64,000 nucleotides of DNA from Glaucostegus cemiculus (GCA_976551045.1 CDPCPM010000049.1:3534001-3598000); one strand, 5' to 3'. Positions 1 through 12,984 are shown, counted from the stretch's first letter. Notes: generated by a model from the letters alone, not told the origin. Numbers and translations: made by a program.

Positions 1-1377
1 AATCATTAAGATTATAGTATTGAATTTCACACTGTTGTACCTGGAAGGTGTTCAAAAGTTATCAGTTTGTTTTGGTATTTGGCGCACTTTTTGGGCATTA
101 AAGGACATCTCAGGGCTCCGACTGCAGCTTGGTCTCATTAATCATGTTGCTTTGCTCAGCTGCTAATATTAACTGTTGTGTTTTGTCAATATTGTTCTCT
201 TTCAGGCAATGCTATCTATTTATTTTCCAAAAACTGGCTAAAATTGTGCAGTGATTTTGTGTCTTTCTCTACTTCAAATGCCCCCGGATGATGTTTGATG
301 TAAGAATACGATTATTCCTGCAAACGTGATCAGCTGCTTCAAGCATAATTTATTCATGAGGTGATGGGAGGGTGGTGGTGGGGGGGAGGAGGCAGCAGAT
401 AAGGTGAAAACAGTAACTGCAGCACTTGCATCTCCTTGTGTAGTCACTTTCCAGCTAAGTAGATTTCATTGGTGATTGTTTAATTAGCAGGAACTAAACA
501 AGCACGAGTTAGTGTGTTTCTGTGGGTGTATGAATGCATTTCCATGTGTCTAAAGAAGACTTGCAGGCGAAGAAATTCTTTTTGCTTGTGCTGTGTTTTT
601 GAGCACAGTATGATTGAATGTTAATGCTTCAAAGTGTGGATTGTGGATCATGCCCAATTTACTTATTCTGTAAGAGTCACCCTAACACTTCCATGAACAG
701 TACATATGAGGGTAGAATGTTGTTTGGCATGTGAGACACAAAGGGAAAAAGCATTATTCATTGTGCAACGCTTATTTGCTCCATTTGTAGCTGAAACTAT
801 ATCCGAGATGTAGTAGTCGCCTTTCAGGTGGCAGCAGTCTGCTCCCGGGTGAGTGAAAGCAGACATTTGCTCAGTGCAGTCTGAGCCTCCACTGAGGTGC
901 ACACTCACTTTGCCAGGCCTCCACCTGTAACTTAATGGAAATGGAGATCTGTTCCATCAGTCGCTGAATCATCAGAGTGTCACTGCCAGCTGGCACTGAG
1001 GTGCCCACTGATCCTTGACTGGAATGGATGTGCTCCTGGCTTCACAGTGGGATTAGATTTTAAAAACTCCCTTGTGTCCTTGCCATCTCCTGCAGGCCAA
1101 ACAATATGACAGGCTTATCAGTGTGTTTCCACAACAGTTTTCCCCAGCAGTCCTCCAGAGCAAAACTGCCCCCTGGGGACCTGGCACCCTGGCTGCCTTG
1201 GCTCTGTGGTGGAACTGTAGCCCCATCGTGTCAAGAATCAGATTTATTATCACTGACTTAAATGACGTGAAATTTGTTGTTTTGCAGCAGCAGTACAAGT
1301 GCAAAGACATAAAATTACCATAAATTACAAAAATAAGTAATGGTACAAAAAGAAGGAATAATGAGGTGGTGTTCATG

Positions 1378-1632
1378 GACCATTCAGAAATCTGATGGCG
1401 GAGGGGAAGAAGCTGTTTCTGAATTGTTGAGTGTTGGTCATCAGGCTCCTGTACCTCTTCCCCGATGGTAGTAATGTCAAGAGGGCATGTCCTGGATGGT
1501 GAGGATCTTTTGTGATGGATGCCGCCTTCTTGAGCCGCTGCCTTCTTGAGGCACCACCTCTTGAAGATGTCCTCGATGGTGGACAGGGTCGTGCCCGTGA
1601 TGGAGATGGCTGAGCCTACAACCCTCTGACTT
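1378..1632 (-). mobile_element. Rex1/Babar LINE, 3' fragment
   Basis: The minus strand translates, with a frameshift, to QRVVGSAISITGTTLSTIEDIFKRWCLKKA...ITKDPHHPGHALLTLLPSGKRYRSLMTNTQQFRNSFFPSAIRFLN. This is the Rex1 RT C-terminal tail and is homologous to the end of the 57504-58982 ORF. Confidence 0.88.
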
Positions 1633-2885
1633 CCCAAGTGATATACCCACAAACCCAGCCTGGTCAGCCCTGAATTTGTATACTTGCAATGATCCAGTGC
1701 ACCTACACTTCACTGCTTCCTTGTTGCTGAGGAACCCATCAGTGAAGTAGCTGAGTGGGTAGCACCTCTTCTGACTCTGCAATAAGAAGGAAATGGTGAT
1801 GGGGAGGGCACAGCACTATTAAGAGCGCCCAGCTGACGTCAGCTGAGCATTCGTTGCTAACGTAGGTAGGGGGAAGCTTTAATATGACAGGGTGAGGGGA
1901 AAAGTGTAAAGTTACCATCTGAGAGCTGCTCAAGCAGTGTGTATTGTGGGCTACATGAATGCGGGGGGCTATGAGCAGTATGAACTATCTGGGGTTTGTT
2001 CCTGAGCTTGTGCTGTGGGGCCGCATTATCAACTGCAATTAGAAGGGTCAGGGCACCAAACCTGAGCAAATGCTACCTTACATGGCTGTCAGCTGCTGCC
2101 CAATGTGAGACTCATTGCTGGATGTTTGCTTCCATGACCGGTTCCTGCCACCTGCACTTCTCCTGACATTCTTAGTCAAAGCACATCTTCTCCTCTCTGT
2201 CTTCTTGTCTCCCTGACCCAGACCAAATCTCCAACTGGCATCTCACCAGTCAAACCTGTTTGTAACTTGATTTCTGCTGTCTGGAAATGGTCCTCTTTGT
2301 ATTTGTTTAATCAACAGATAACACTACTTTTTTGTGCTATCAATATAGTATTTAAAATTTAGAGACTTTTCTTGGGGAAATAGGTATTATATTTACAACT
2401 TTTGTCTAGTGCTTTTGGACTATCGATCTGGAATTTTTTGAGAGGGAAGTAAAGCTTGAGGTCATGGGATTTTACAATGTTCTCACTATTTTGCTTCCTA
2501 TTTTATGCTTTATATGTTTTTGGATTGGGATACCAGATCTAATTAGGATTCTGCATTACATTAGTGTTGGCCCTGGGATTTTGCTGCTATTTCCTTGATT
2601 TTTCTCATTTTGTAGAGCGAGAGGTTAACCTTCCTCTTGGGGACTTCATTGGAGGAAATCATGGCAAAGTCACAGGTGTTAATTGAACCAGATGATGCCA
2701 CAAGAGAATATTTTGCTCATTTAAGCTAAGTCAGAAACGTGAAGCTCCAGGAATGTGTATGGAAGTCCTTCTCCATAGTAGCGCTGAAGCTTCAAGTCAT
2801 GAAGCACCAGTTATGTTTGATCTTCCGCTTTCCTCTGTGACCTTCAAGACCTGCATTGGTTCACAGAATGTGGCATCATCAGTTC

Positions 2886-3096
2886 AGCACAGTGGTGCTG
2901 CAGGTAGTGCAGCTGTCTCTTAGTTCCAGCAACTCCAATTTGATGCAGTCTGTTTGGGGTTTGTATGTTCTGCCTGTGAGTGTGTCGGTTTCCTCTTGGT
3001 GTGTTGGCTCTTTAATTAGTTGGTGACTGTAAATTTCACCAAGTGTAGGTGGCTGGTGAGAGAATGGAAGGTTTTACTGGGCACATGCAAGAGGAT
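2886..3096 (+). mobile_element. tRNA-derived HE1/V-SINE-like SINE (degenerate)
   Basis: Head cagcacagtggtgctgcaggtagtgcagctgtctc and V-domain-like gtttgtatgttctgcctgtgagtgtgtcggtttcctc. Same family as 32448, 44228, 48580 and 50514. Confidence 0.75.
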
Positions 3097-3270
3097 AGAG
3101 GCACAAGAGACTTCAGATGCTGGAATCTGGAGCAATGTACAAAAAGCTGGAGAAATTCAGTGGGTCAGGTAGCATCTATGGAGGGAAATGGACAGTCAAT
3201 GTTTTGGGTTGAGACCCTTTATTTGGACTGGAAGATGATAGTTTGCAGGGAAGTAAGTGGGGGAATGAGA
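3097..3270 (-). mobile_element. Penelope-like terminal-repeat (pLTR) fragment
   Basis: cttcagatgctggaatctggagc...gggtcaggtagcatctatggagg...ttttgggttgagaccc is the reverse complement of the 3' end of the Penelope element at 39100-39263. Confidence 0.75.
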
Positions 3271-3799
3271 TAGCAGGGTTGCTTTGGGAGTTGGCATGCC
3301 CTTCATGGGCTGAGGAGCCTCTGTCTACGTCACAATGAGATACAGTAATCAGCAAATTTGCTGCCATTTCCTGAAGCCAAGTATATCACACTCGGAACAC
3401 TCTTTCAAGTTAAACCACAACTGGACCTTAGGATAAAATGCCTAAAGGAAAATTCAGGACTGAAATTAGGCAGTATTTATTTGGCCTTCCTCTTGCATAG
3501 CTAAGGAAAAAAAAAAATCCCAGAATAATTCGGAGGTGGAAGATTGCGAAGCACAAGTTAAAATGTCCCCCTTTATTCATATGTACTGATTGCCACCTGT
3601 CATTGGTATTTCGTGGTTCTGAATGATCCTATTGCTGCACAGTTGTTTGTCATACCTTCCTCATGTGTTTTGTAGGTTACTGTAAACTTGTTTGAAATTA
3701 CTCAGAGTTAACTGAAGCAGACAGAAAGTATTAGCCTGCCAGTTAAGTGATTTCTTTCTCCAGTATCGGCTTCCAGATAATTTGTTGGGCCTGTGTTAT

Positions 3800-3960
3800 T
3801 TGGCGTTACTTCAAGGTGGTACTTGCACATCCTCCGCCATGCAAGAGGAACCTTGCACAAACCTTGCACCAGGTTTTGTCGACAGTCACTACCAGATCTG
3901 TCAAAGTGTTCCCACAGCTTCCTCCTGACGTCCTTCTTTGGGACACCTTCCCAGTTTTTC
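3800..3960 (-). pseudogene. Possible fossil BED zinc finger (hAT transposase N-terminus)
   Basis: One minus frame reads RKLWEHFDRS...LCKVPLAW...YHL and an overlapping frame reads WCKVC...HGGGCASTTLK. Together they resemble the BED pattern W-x-H-F...CxxC...G-STT-L..HL. Confidence 0.4.
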
Positions 3961-4559
3961 TTCCGTAACTGTTGTTGATGTGAAATCATATCTTTTTCAC
4001 AGCCAACATAGTCTGAATAAAAAGAATTGCAGCTCGCATTAAGTGGGACTGTTTACGTTGTGCTGCTGCCAGCCAAAAAGATCATCCAAAATCGGGATTG
4101 ACAGCCTGGCTGTATCTGGCTTGCATTGATTTAAATGTTCATGAACCACCATCTGTTTTGTAGAGTTTGTTCATTTTCATATTTAAATATTTAACATGAA
4201 CAAGTCTAATCTCAACTTTTAACTATTCTTAATTATTTTGATGAAACTCCCTCTTCAATAGTTGTAGTTCACTCTCTAAGCCAATGAGCATCAGCGTTAA
4301 ATTTCACTCCCTTCTGTGCATTCTTTAAGCTTCCCTTAGCCATGAAATCTCTGTCCTCTTCCTGTGATCCTATTGTCCTTGCAAGCTACCCATCATAAAA
4401 ACCCAATGTGAAGTTTCAGTCTACTGTGAACTAAACTCAAAAGGATACTCTGATAATGACCACTGAGAATTATCCTTGTTGACCCTTTTAACCCATTGCA
4501 GGCATTCTCAAGGCTCATCTCTCCTTGTGACTCTCCTCTCTTCCACAGCTTGATGCAAC

Positions 4560-5560
4560 TGCCCATGCTTAATTCTACCTTTCTAGTTATAGCAAGGCCA
4601 CCTCTAACAATGCTTCTCCTTCCACTTGGTAGCCACAGTGTCTGGTGTCCTCTACAATCCGTGATTGCACCCTCCTTATTCCTATTTATGAGTTACCCAT
4701 TGACAACATTATCTGCTGCCTGGGGTTCAGTTTCCATCTATTTGCTGGCACCTCTTCACCATTTCACCCTCTCTCCACTGCTTTTGTGTTTCAGGTTTCA
4801 TGTCTGGTAGCCAGTCTTGGATGAGCCACACTGTTCTCCAGTTAAATAGTGGCAAGATACAAGTGGCAAGTTTATGTCATCCCCTTTACACATGTGAATA
4901 TGCAGGGAATGGAGGGATATGGGTCACGTTCAGGCAGAAGAGAATGAGTTTATTTCGGCAAAGTGTTCAGTAGACATTGTGCACTGAAGGGCCTGTTCCT
5001 GTACTGTCCTGTTCCTGTGCTGTACTGTTCTAGGTTGAAATAAACTTTGTGGCCTTGCCATAAACTTCATCACATACCCTGGCCATCCTTCAGCACTGAT
5101 CCAGACTTTAGGAGCACCAGGATTCTGCTTGTCTATTCTATTTTATCATCTCCTTTACAAAGATCACCTACTTCTACTTCCATGACGTTGGTACTCTCTG
5201 CCCCTGCCTTGATTAGCATTTACAAGGCTGTCTTCACTATCCTGTTTCAGCAGCTCCCTGCCTTTCACAGCTTAGTGGAGGTGCCAGTGCTTAGTTCTGC
5301 CCTTATTTAACCAGCTGTAGCCAGGAGAGCTCGACAACTGGTTTCTCCTTACACACCCAACCCATTGCTTCATAAAATCCAAGCTTGGTTCTTCTAAATG
5401 CAACCCCCCCTCCATTCTTTGGTCGACTCCATTTCTCCTGTGATTTCCCCCATAAACCAACTCATCAAAAAATGTATTGCCTGCACCAAATCATCACCCT
5501 CTCAAATGCAAACCTACATTAGCACTTGGTTTCCCAAAGTCCTGGTGTTTAAATCCTTCA
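4560..5560 (+). mobile_element. L2-clade LINE, degraded RT/3' region, interrupted by a CR1 tail
   Basis: Motif remnants PSLFLFMSYPL, FHLFA (F-H-x-Y-A-D-D site), WMS...LQLNSGK and cttggtttccc...tttaaatcctt (HWLP...FKIL). Confidence 0.6.
4885..5032 (+). mobile_element. CR1 LINE 3' tail nested in L2
   Basis: ggaatggagggatatggg...gaagggcctgttcctgtactgtcctgttcctgtgctgtactgttcta is a typical CR1 3' UTR end. Confidence 0.75.
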
Positions 5561-6384
5561 GATGTTTTGCCCTTTCCCATTTGTTCTACTTGCCATTTGC
5601 AGAATTGTTTCTTTGTAAACAATATTGGCAATATTTGTTCTTGTTCCTCAGAAATTTGACTTCTATGTAATCTCTGGCAGTCATTGTTGAAATCTATTGC
5701 AGTCTGACAGGTCAAGTTAACTGGTCAAAAGACATCAGGAGAAGAGATTTGCAGTCTATGATTCGGCACTTCAGTTGATATCTGACGATATTTCTGCGTA
5801 TGTATTTTCTGATGTGAATTGCTATCCATTCTGGAATATTTTAAGTTTACTTGTATACATTGTGTCTTGTACCTGAATGGTCCATTCACATATCTGCGAT
5901 CAATTTTCAGTTAATATTCAGACCACGCACCAGTATAATCGGAAGATGTGACTTAGTGTAATATATGATATGGTTGGATTAATAAACCAATTACATCTTT
6001 TTTCTGATGCTCACAACCATCATACAATACCCAAAACTCCTCTTGTAATTCTTTGAGAGCTAAACAATTAATCAGATTGTCTTGCAAATTGTTCTTATTT
6101 AAGTGTTGATCCCACTACCTTATTGAAACTTAAAGTTGAAACTGATTCCACCACCCTTTTGGACAGAACATCCATGGTCGTATAAACTTTTCCCAAAATT
6201 CTCTTCATTTAGTCTATTTCCATGTAACTGAAATAATTATTCACAACGCAGTTTCAGCACATAATGCTTGCAACTGATAAACTGGTGGAAATTTCATACA
6301 GTACTTGATTTTCATGTGAAGTTGTATTATAATTACAAACTCGGCAGTTTAACGTACAGGAGGATGTATGATGGAAATATCTCA

Positions 6385-7405
6385 GATGCCTGGTAAATGG
6401 ATTTTCAGAAGGCATTTGTCAAAGTCCTATATGAAAGACTGGTTAGCAAAATAGGATAAATAAAAGCATGCATAAAAGAAAATTAACTTAAGGATAGATA
6501 ACAGTGAATTGTAATAGATTTCAGACTAGGGGATGGTAGAGACTGGTGTTCCCAAGGCTTCAGTGCCCTAACAACTGCTTTCCTTGGTGTATAGTTGGAT
6601 AGGAGTGTCCAGGGTAAAATCTTAAAATTTGTAGGTGACACTAAACATGGAACTGTGGTAAGCATTAAAAAAAGCTGTTAATAGACTTCAAGGAAGCATT
6701 GATAGACTGTTTGAATGTGAAGATATGGCAGATGAAATTTAATAAAGAGAAGTGTGATGTAATGTGCTTAGGCAGAAAGAAAAGGGAAAGTCAATATTGA
6801 CTAAATGGCACAGTTCTAAAGGGTGTGCAGTAATAGTGGGACCTGGATATACATGTAGACAAATCTTTGAAAGTGGGAGGACATATTGAGAGTGTGGATA
6901 GTACAGCCTTTGGGATCCTGGGTTCTTTAAACCGAGGCAGATAGATTATTTACACGGGTATGAGAGGGTGCAGGGAAGACTTACAAGAAAGTTTCCAGTG
7001 ATCTGAGGTCATTGCTGCAAGGCTGGGATGGAATTGTAGCCGTTGTTCCCTTTGTGCAAAGGGGTTTGAGAAGAGATGTGATGGAAGCATCATGGTGGAT
7101 TAAGAAGTTATTTCCATTAACCGATGTTTCTAGGGTCAGATCTTACAGATTCAAATTAATGGGTAAACGATCAAGGAGCTATGAGAAGATTAAACTTGTC
7201 TTGCATGGAAATGGTGCTGATCAGTTATTCACCGACTGCAGGGCCGATGGAAGTGGATGCTTTTTTTCCAAATGGAAATTGGACAGGCACAATGGAGAAT
7301 AATTTGCAGGGTAATGTGGAAAGAGCAAGGAAATGGAACTGAAATGAATCCTTTGTGAGAGCTAGTATGGACCCAAGTGGCCAAATGGCCTCCTGTGATT
7401 CTATG
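6385..7405 (+). mobile_element. CR1 LINE, degraded RT plus 3' end
   Basis: Remnants of DFQKAF.KVP, GVP(Q)GSV, KFVGDTK (FADD site) and WQMKFN..KC.V, followed by the 3' end ggccaaatggcctcctgtgattctatg. Confidence 0.85.
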
Positions 7406-7649
7406 GTCAATATAACAAATGCGTCATTCCAGATAATCTGTTGCTCAGCACATGGGGCGGATGAGGGATTGGAAGGCAGAGGAGATGGGGCTGAAGCTGA
7501 CCATTATTCTCCCACTGTACCAGTTCATCCTTTCTATTACACCCATGCTTCTCATGTTTGCTTTCTTTGGAAATAAAATTGCACAAATTTGTGCATGCTC
7601 AGATATATTACACAACACATAGCGGGGATATGTGTAGGAATAACTAATC

Positions 7650-7960
7650 TCCAACAGTCACAACCTTCGTCCCTTGTGTGAGGTATGACTCCAACCGTTG
7701 GAGTGCTTTGCTCTTGATCTCCATTGACTTCAGTTTTACCTGGGTTTCTTGATGCCACACTCACCAGTCTCTCCCATCTAGTCTGAAATTTACTGTGTCA
7801 GGGGTGTCACTTTCACGATCTTTGGTCAGTGCTTAGACCAAGACTCTGGTGAGATTTGGAGCTGAGTGGCCCTACTGAAAGCCTAACTGAGCATCAGTGA
7901 GCTGGTTATTGATGTGTAGGTTTTGCTTGATAGCACTATTGATGACAAATTCCATCACTG
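7650..7960 (-). mobile_element. L2/CR1-superfamily RT fragment
   Basis: Minus strand gagtgtggcatcaag...aaactgaagtcaatggagatc encodes RVWHQ...KLKSMEI, the RT region that follows DxxxAFD. Confidence 0.55.
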
Positions 7961-8894
7961 CATCTTTAGAAGGGCTCACTCTTTTTGTTTAATGATTCCA
8001 AAGCAACAAGAAAATCCAATAGTGAAGTCTGAAGAATTGCTTTTGCCTGAAGACTGGTGAAAACATGGAGCTAGCTAACACCGGGTTTGAATGTTGCATT
8101 TGGGGGAGTCTGGTCAAGTATGTGTGGGACAGGGGAATAGAAGATTATGCTGAAAGACTTGGTTGAAAAAAGATGCAAGGAGATGTGAGAAGAGTATAAA
8201 CACAGTAATGAACAGGTTGGCCCAGATAGCCTCTTTCTGTGTATTATATATCCTGTGTAAGTCAATGTAATCCTACACATTTATGTTCAGTAAAATGATG
8301 TCAGGCATTCAAATTGAAAATCTAAATGCTTGATTACAATGATATTTACCCAAGTGTTGAAAGCTGAAGTAGACAGTTTAGATCATTTTGCAACAACAGA
8401 AGTTGGCATTTCCCATTCCTTTTGTGCTGTAAGGCAAGTTTCCCAGTGCCCTTTTTTTTCACAATCACCCTAGATTAAATAGAAATTAACTGTGTTTAAC
8501 TACTTTCAATTTGAATCCATTTCTTCCCTATTAGCTGCTTGGGAATCGGTTCAAAAGCCTGCAGTACATTCTGTGCCTTCACACAAGAGCCAAGCACCAG
8601 CAATTTCCATGTTATTTTTCTTTTAACTGAATGTATTCACAGTTGAACATTGGATGAGAGGTTCCAGGAGCTCTATTAATTATTGTAAATGTAATCAATT
8701 CTAGTAAGGAAAAACATTCATTCATTCATTGTTTAGCAATGCATTTGGTCAAGCTTTCAACCACTATTGTGCTTTCAGTGCAGCTGGCTGTAATGAGGTT
8801 GGACATGTTTCTGGGTTCTTGGGCATCCTCTGCCTCCTTTGGTCCACTAATGGTGTTCATACCTTCAGCCATCTTGCCTCCATGCTGTGCAATT

Positions 8895-9180
8895 CTCCTG
8901 CAAAAGACTTGAGCACAAAATCTAAGCTGAGCTCTGAAGCAGTACTGAAATGGTACAGTATTAGAGGTATTACCATGTGGTTGAGCAATCAAACTGAGGC
9001 CGTTTATCGCTGTCAGCCTGATGCATTTTGAAGAAGAGCAGGAGAGTTATCCATATAAGGCTAGCCAATATTTATCCCTAAGCAACACTTCTGGAAACTC
9101 ATTGCCTGTCATTATCCCGCTACTTTTTGTGGGAGCTTGCTGTGCACTAATTGGCTGCTGTGTTTCCTTCATTTAAATCA
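8895..9180 (+). mobile_element. Deu-domain SINE (AmnSINE1/SacSINE1-like)
   Basis: cttgagcac...gcagtactga head, followed by ttttgaagaagagcaggagagtt...gccaatatttatccct...tttgtgggagcttgctgtgcactaattggctgctgtgtttcct, a Deu-domain core. Confidence 0.8.
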
Positions 9181-9294
9181 TGAAAACTGGGTGAGATATT
9201 GAGGCAATATGCTGGCTGTATTGAGCAGAACTGCCAGTATTTCCCTATGTGAGTTCAGAGTTCCCACATGATCCATTTGATGAGAGAGTTTATA

Positions 9295-9950
9295 AAGAGG
9301 GGTGATCTCATAGAAATGTACAGATTCTTACTGGGCTTGACAGGGTGGATGTAGAGTTGATGTCTCCTTGATTGGGATGTCCAAACCCAAGAGGTTATAG
9401 TGTCAAAATAAGGTGCCAGTCATTCAGAACAGAGATGGGAAGAAATCTCTTCAAGAGAATCATATATCTTTGGAATTCTCTACCCAAAAAGGCTGTGAAG
9501 GCTGTTGCTCAGTATATTGAGGTTTATGATGAGAAAGGAAAGATTTAATAGGAACCTGAGGGGCAGCTATTTTACACAAGTGGTGGTGTGTATGTGGAAT
9601 GAGTTGTCTGAGGAAGTGGTTGAGGCAGGTACAATAACAACTTTGAAAAGTCAGGTCGACAGGTACATGGATTGGAAAGCTTTGGAAGGTTATAGGCCAA
9701 ATGCTGGCAAATGGTACTAGCTTGGATGGGGCACCTTAGTCAGCATGGACCAGTTGGGCCAAAGGGCCTGTTTCTGTGCTATATTACTCTGACTCTATAT
9801 TCAAAACAGAGATCAAAAGATGCTTGGATATTTACAGAATCAAAGGATACAAGGTTGGCTCAGGAAAATGGCACTGAGGTAAAAGATCAGCCATGCGTCA
9901 TTGAATGGCAGAGCTGGTGTGATGGACCTAATTGCCTATTCCTTTCACTT
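9295..9950 (+). mobile_element. CR1 3' fragment interrupted by a second CR1 3' end (9519-9795)
   Basis: Host CR1 (RGDLIEMYRFL...WNSLPKKAV) is broken by FNRNLRGSYFTQVVVCMWNELSEEVVEA plus its own tail. tatatt is duplicated at 9513-9518 and 9796-9801. Confidence 0.85.
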
Positions 9951-11967
9951 CTTTGTGTTTACGTTCCTGAGCATGCTCGCTCTTGTTCACTGGTGATCTT
10001 TGAACTGCACTTCAACATTGAAGGTCCTCATGGAGTCCAGTGGTTGAGTGTGAATGGATGAGGAATCTGCCCAGGCTAGACTCGGGAGCAATGTTGCCAT
10101 TCATTTGAATAGAGCGGGATGGTTGCAAGGAAGTATTAGGAACTTCCCATAGCTTTGAGCCAATTGCATCAATCTGTTCTTGTGATTTGGGGTTAATTGA
10201 ACCTTTTAATGGTTTGAATTTATTTTTGAATGTTATTGAATGTTCCCATACATTTCTAATGTCCAGAAACATTCCAAGCTTTTTTTGATAAGTTGAACGG
10301 CTATGTAAGCAGTGGTATAGCTGAGCCAGCTGTTAACTTTATGGATGTGGTATGTTCTGCCCCCTCTCCTTGGATTGCATGAGATCATGCACTGTCACTG
10401 CACAGTGATTCACCAGCTGGGTAAATGTTGATGAGGGATGGGGGTTGGTCCACAGGAGGCAAAATTGTACTTGCTATGTGTCTCAGCGATGACTGTGGCA
10501 GCTGGTTACTGCCACCCAGTTCAGGCTAATTAACTCCTATCAACTTTTGACGATTAATCTTCCTGATCAGGCACCTTAGAATGTATTACAACATTAAACT
10601 TATTGTATAATTCCAAGTTGTTATAATGCATGGGCTGATGATGAAATTTTGATGTCCACAGTATTTCTGTATATTCTGTTTGTTGTTATTAGGCATCCAA
10701 TGTCTAAGGTCAACTGTACATCTGTTGTATTCTTCTCACAATGATCCAAAACACGTCTGAGATCCATTGAGCACCCACATCAGTTAACTAAACTTACCAA
10801 GGGGAGCTCTCCATCTCTGTAACGTTGTTGCATATGTCATTGGTTCAGCAGAGGTTAAAAAATGACTGCTGTAAAAGAGCCCCATTGTCCCTCAGATGGC
10901 CTTTTCTCATTAATTAGATCCATTGATGATTTTGTGAAGCTGTTTGCATGTCCTTGTTTCTCTGCCATCTTGTTGGAGAAATTCAATCAGCAAAATGTTT
11001 TGAAGCTTTTTTGATGCCTGATGCATCTCTGCTGTTTCCACAAGTGTTAGTCTTTGTGTGCTTGGGAGGGTATGTGAATATTATAGATTCTTAGAGGAGA
11101 AAGGGAAGGTGTACGACAGGCATTTCAGGCAGGTGTAATTTCAGTTTAGAGGCTATTTGTATAAGCAGGTCCAAATCTGGAGGCATTCAAACAAAACCTT
11201 TGCTTTTGTACTTAACAATCTTTCAGGAAATGGTGGTGTAAGTGTCTGCAGTGTGTCTTGCCCTCAGTTAAGGTGCACATTTTGTGGTTGGTACTTTGTA
11301 AGGGTTCTGAATGTTTCTCCACTCAATGAAGAAATTGAGAAAGATAGCTTTTGTCAGTTCTGTCACTAATGATGAAGACATTGTGTTGGATTTGTGTTAG
11401 AATCTTTAACCAAGGAACCCATGGGGATTATCAGAGTATATGCTTATGATTGTAGACAGTGGGATGCATTGGCTGTTCTCTGTGATGCAGCTGGGAGTTG
11501 TGGGCTGTGGCACCAACTGAGAGGCATCTCTTTGACTTGGACAAACTCCAACCATCCTCCTCCTGCTTAACACATGAACTGGATGAGAACCAATGTCTCA
11601 GTACATGCATCCAGACAAGATGAGCTTCTGCAGAGTGAAACACAAGGTCTGGATAAGCCCTTTGAAAGTGCCTTGGCTTATTTCTAAGCTCTCTGATAGA
11701 CCCTTTACTGCAAGATGTATGGAGTGGCTATTTCACCTGTCATTGTCTGTAGCTATGTCAGACTGGATATGGGCTGTGGGCTCTTCCACTGGGGCCGCAA
11801 ACTATACAGGGTGAACACACCCTCAAGTGACGCCATAGCACTTGGTTATCGGCAAGTGCAGTCCCACCCTATGAGGTCCATCACCCTGGTCTCAACAGCA
11901 GAAGGATCCTTAAGGTAACTCTCAAGCCAATGGTTGTGTCTCCAGTGAGATTACCAGCATTTGGTCT

Positions 11968-12688
11968 CCAGGTAGCGATGAGTTAGCTTACCGGAGCGAG
12001 ATAGGACACCTGGTTGACTGGTGCTGCAACAACAACCTCTCCCTCAATGTCAGCAAAATGAAAGAGATGACTGTTGACTTTAGGAAGGGGAAGGAGTGCG
12101 AACCTGTGCAAACAGTCTACATTGGTGGTGGAGAGAGTCAGCAGCTTTAAATTCCTAGGCCTTAACATCAGATGACCTATCCTGGGACCAGCACATGGAT
12201 GCAGTCATAAGGAAAGCATGCCAGCATCTTTACTTCCTAGGAGTTTCGGCTTGTCACCGAATACTCTAACTTCTACAGATGTACTATTGAAAGTATCCTG
12301 ACTGGTTGCATCATGATCTGGTACGGCAATTTGAATGCACAGGAATGTAAGAAACTGCAGAGAAATGGATTCTGCCCAATACGTCATGGGCACATCCCTC
12401 CTTACCACGTTCAAGAACAGCTACTTCCCTTCAACCATTTGGTTCTTGAACCAATTGGCAAAATCTTAATCACTACAGTTGAGCAGCACTATAACCACTT
12501 TGATCACTTTGCATTAAAATGGCCCCTCTCTTTTTTGTTCCAGTTTTGTTTGTTCTTGTAAAAATTATGTATAATTTATGTTTTTCTTGTGAATGCTGCT
12601 TATATGATGCTGTGTTCCTATAATGCTACTGCAAGTGTTTCATTGCACATGTACTTGTGTATACGGCAATAAACTTGACTTTGACTTC
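11968..12688 (+). mobile_element. Rex1/Babar LINE, 3' fragment with tail
   Basis: DELAYRSEIGHLVDWCCNNNLSLNVSKMKEMTVDFRK, ERVSSFKFLG, FYRCTIESILTGCIMIWYGN. Ends aataaacttgactttgactt. Confidence 0.9.
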
Positions 12689-12984
12689 AATTTGCAAGTT
12701 AGTGTTTAAGTGGTTTCCTCCTTAAATTGACTTTGGGTTGAGGTAGCCATCTGTACGGGTGGTTGATAGGTTGTTGTAGCTGCTTGGTCACATACTATCA
12801 AAGAATGTTGAGAAATAATGAAAGGCTTTTTTTATATTTTGTTTTATTTATTCTTTAGTGCAGTATAGATAATTATCCCTGAACTGAAGACACAGTTAAG
12901 AATCAATCGCAAAGCTAACAGTAAGTCACTCAGTGAAATGTAACTTCACATGATGTGTGTGTATTATTTCTATTTAGAATTTTA

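Noticed and set aside
206-299. Apparent exon (ttctctttcag ... gtaaga)
   Set aside because: Stop codons occur in all three frames, and there is no other support. At most a non-coding exon.
1053-1652. 199-aa ORF as a host gene
   Set aside because: The N-terminal part is a frameshifted Rex1 fragment and the remainder is non-homologous read-through.
11400-11920. Possible Harbinger-like words (LDENQCL, LDMGCGLFHW)
   Set aside because: Only two short, weak matches without the collinear catalytic motifs.
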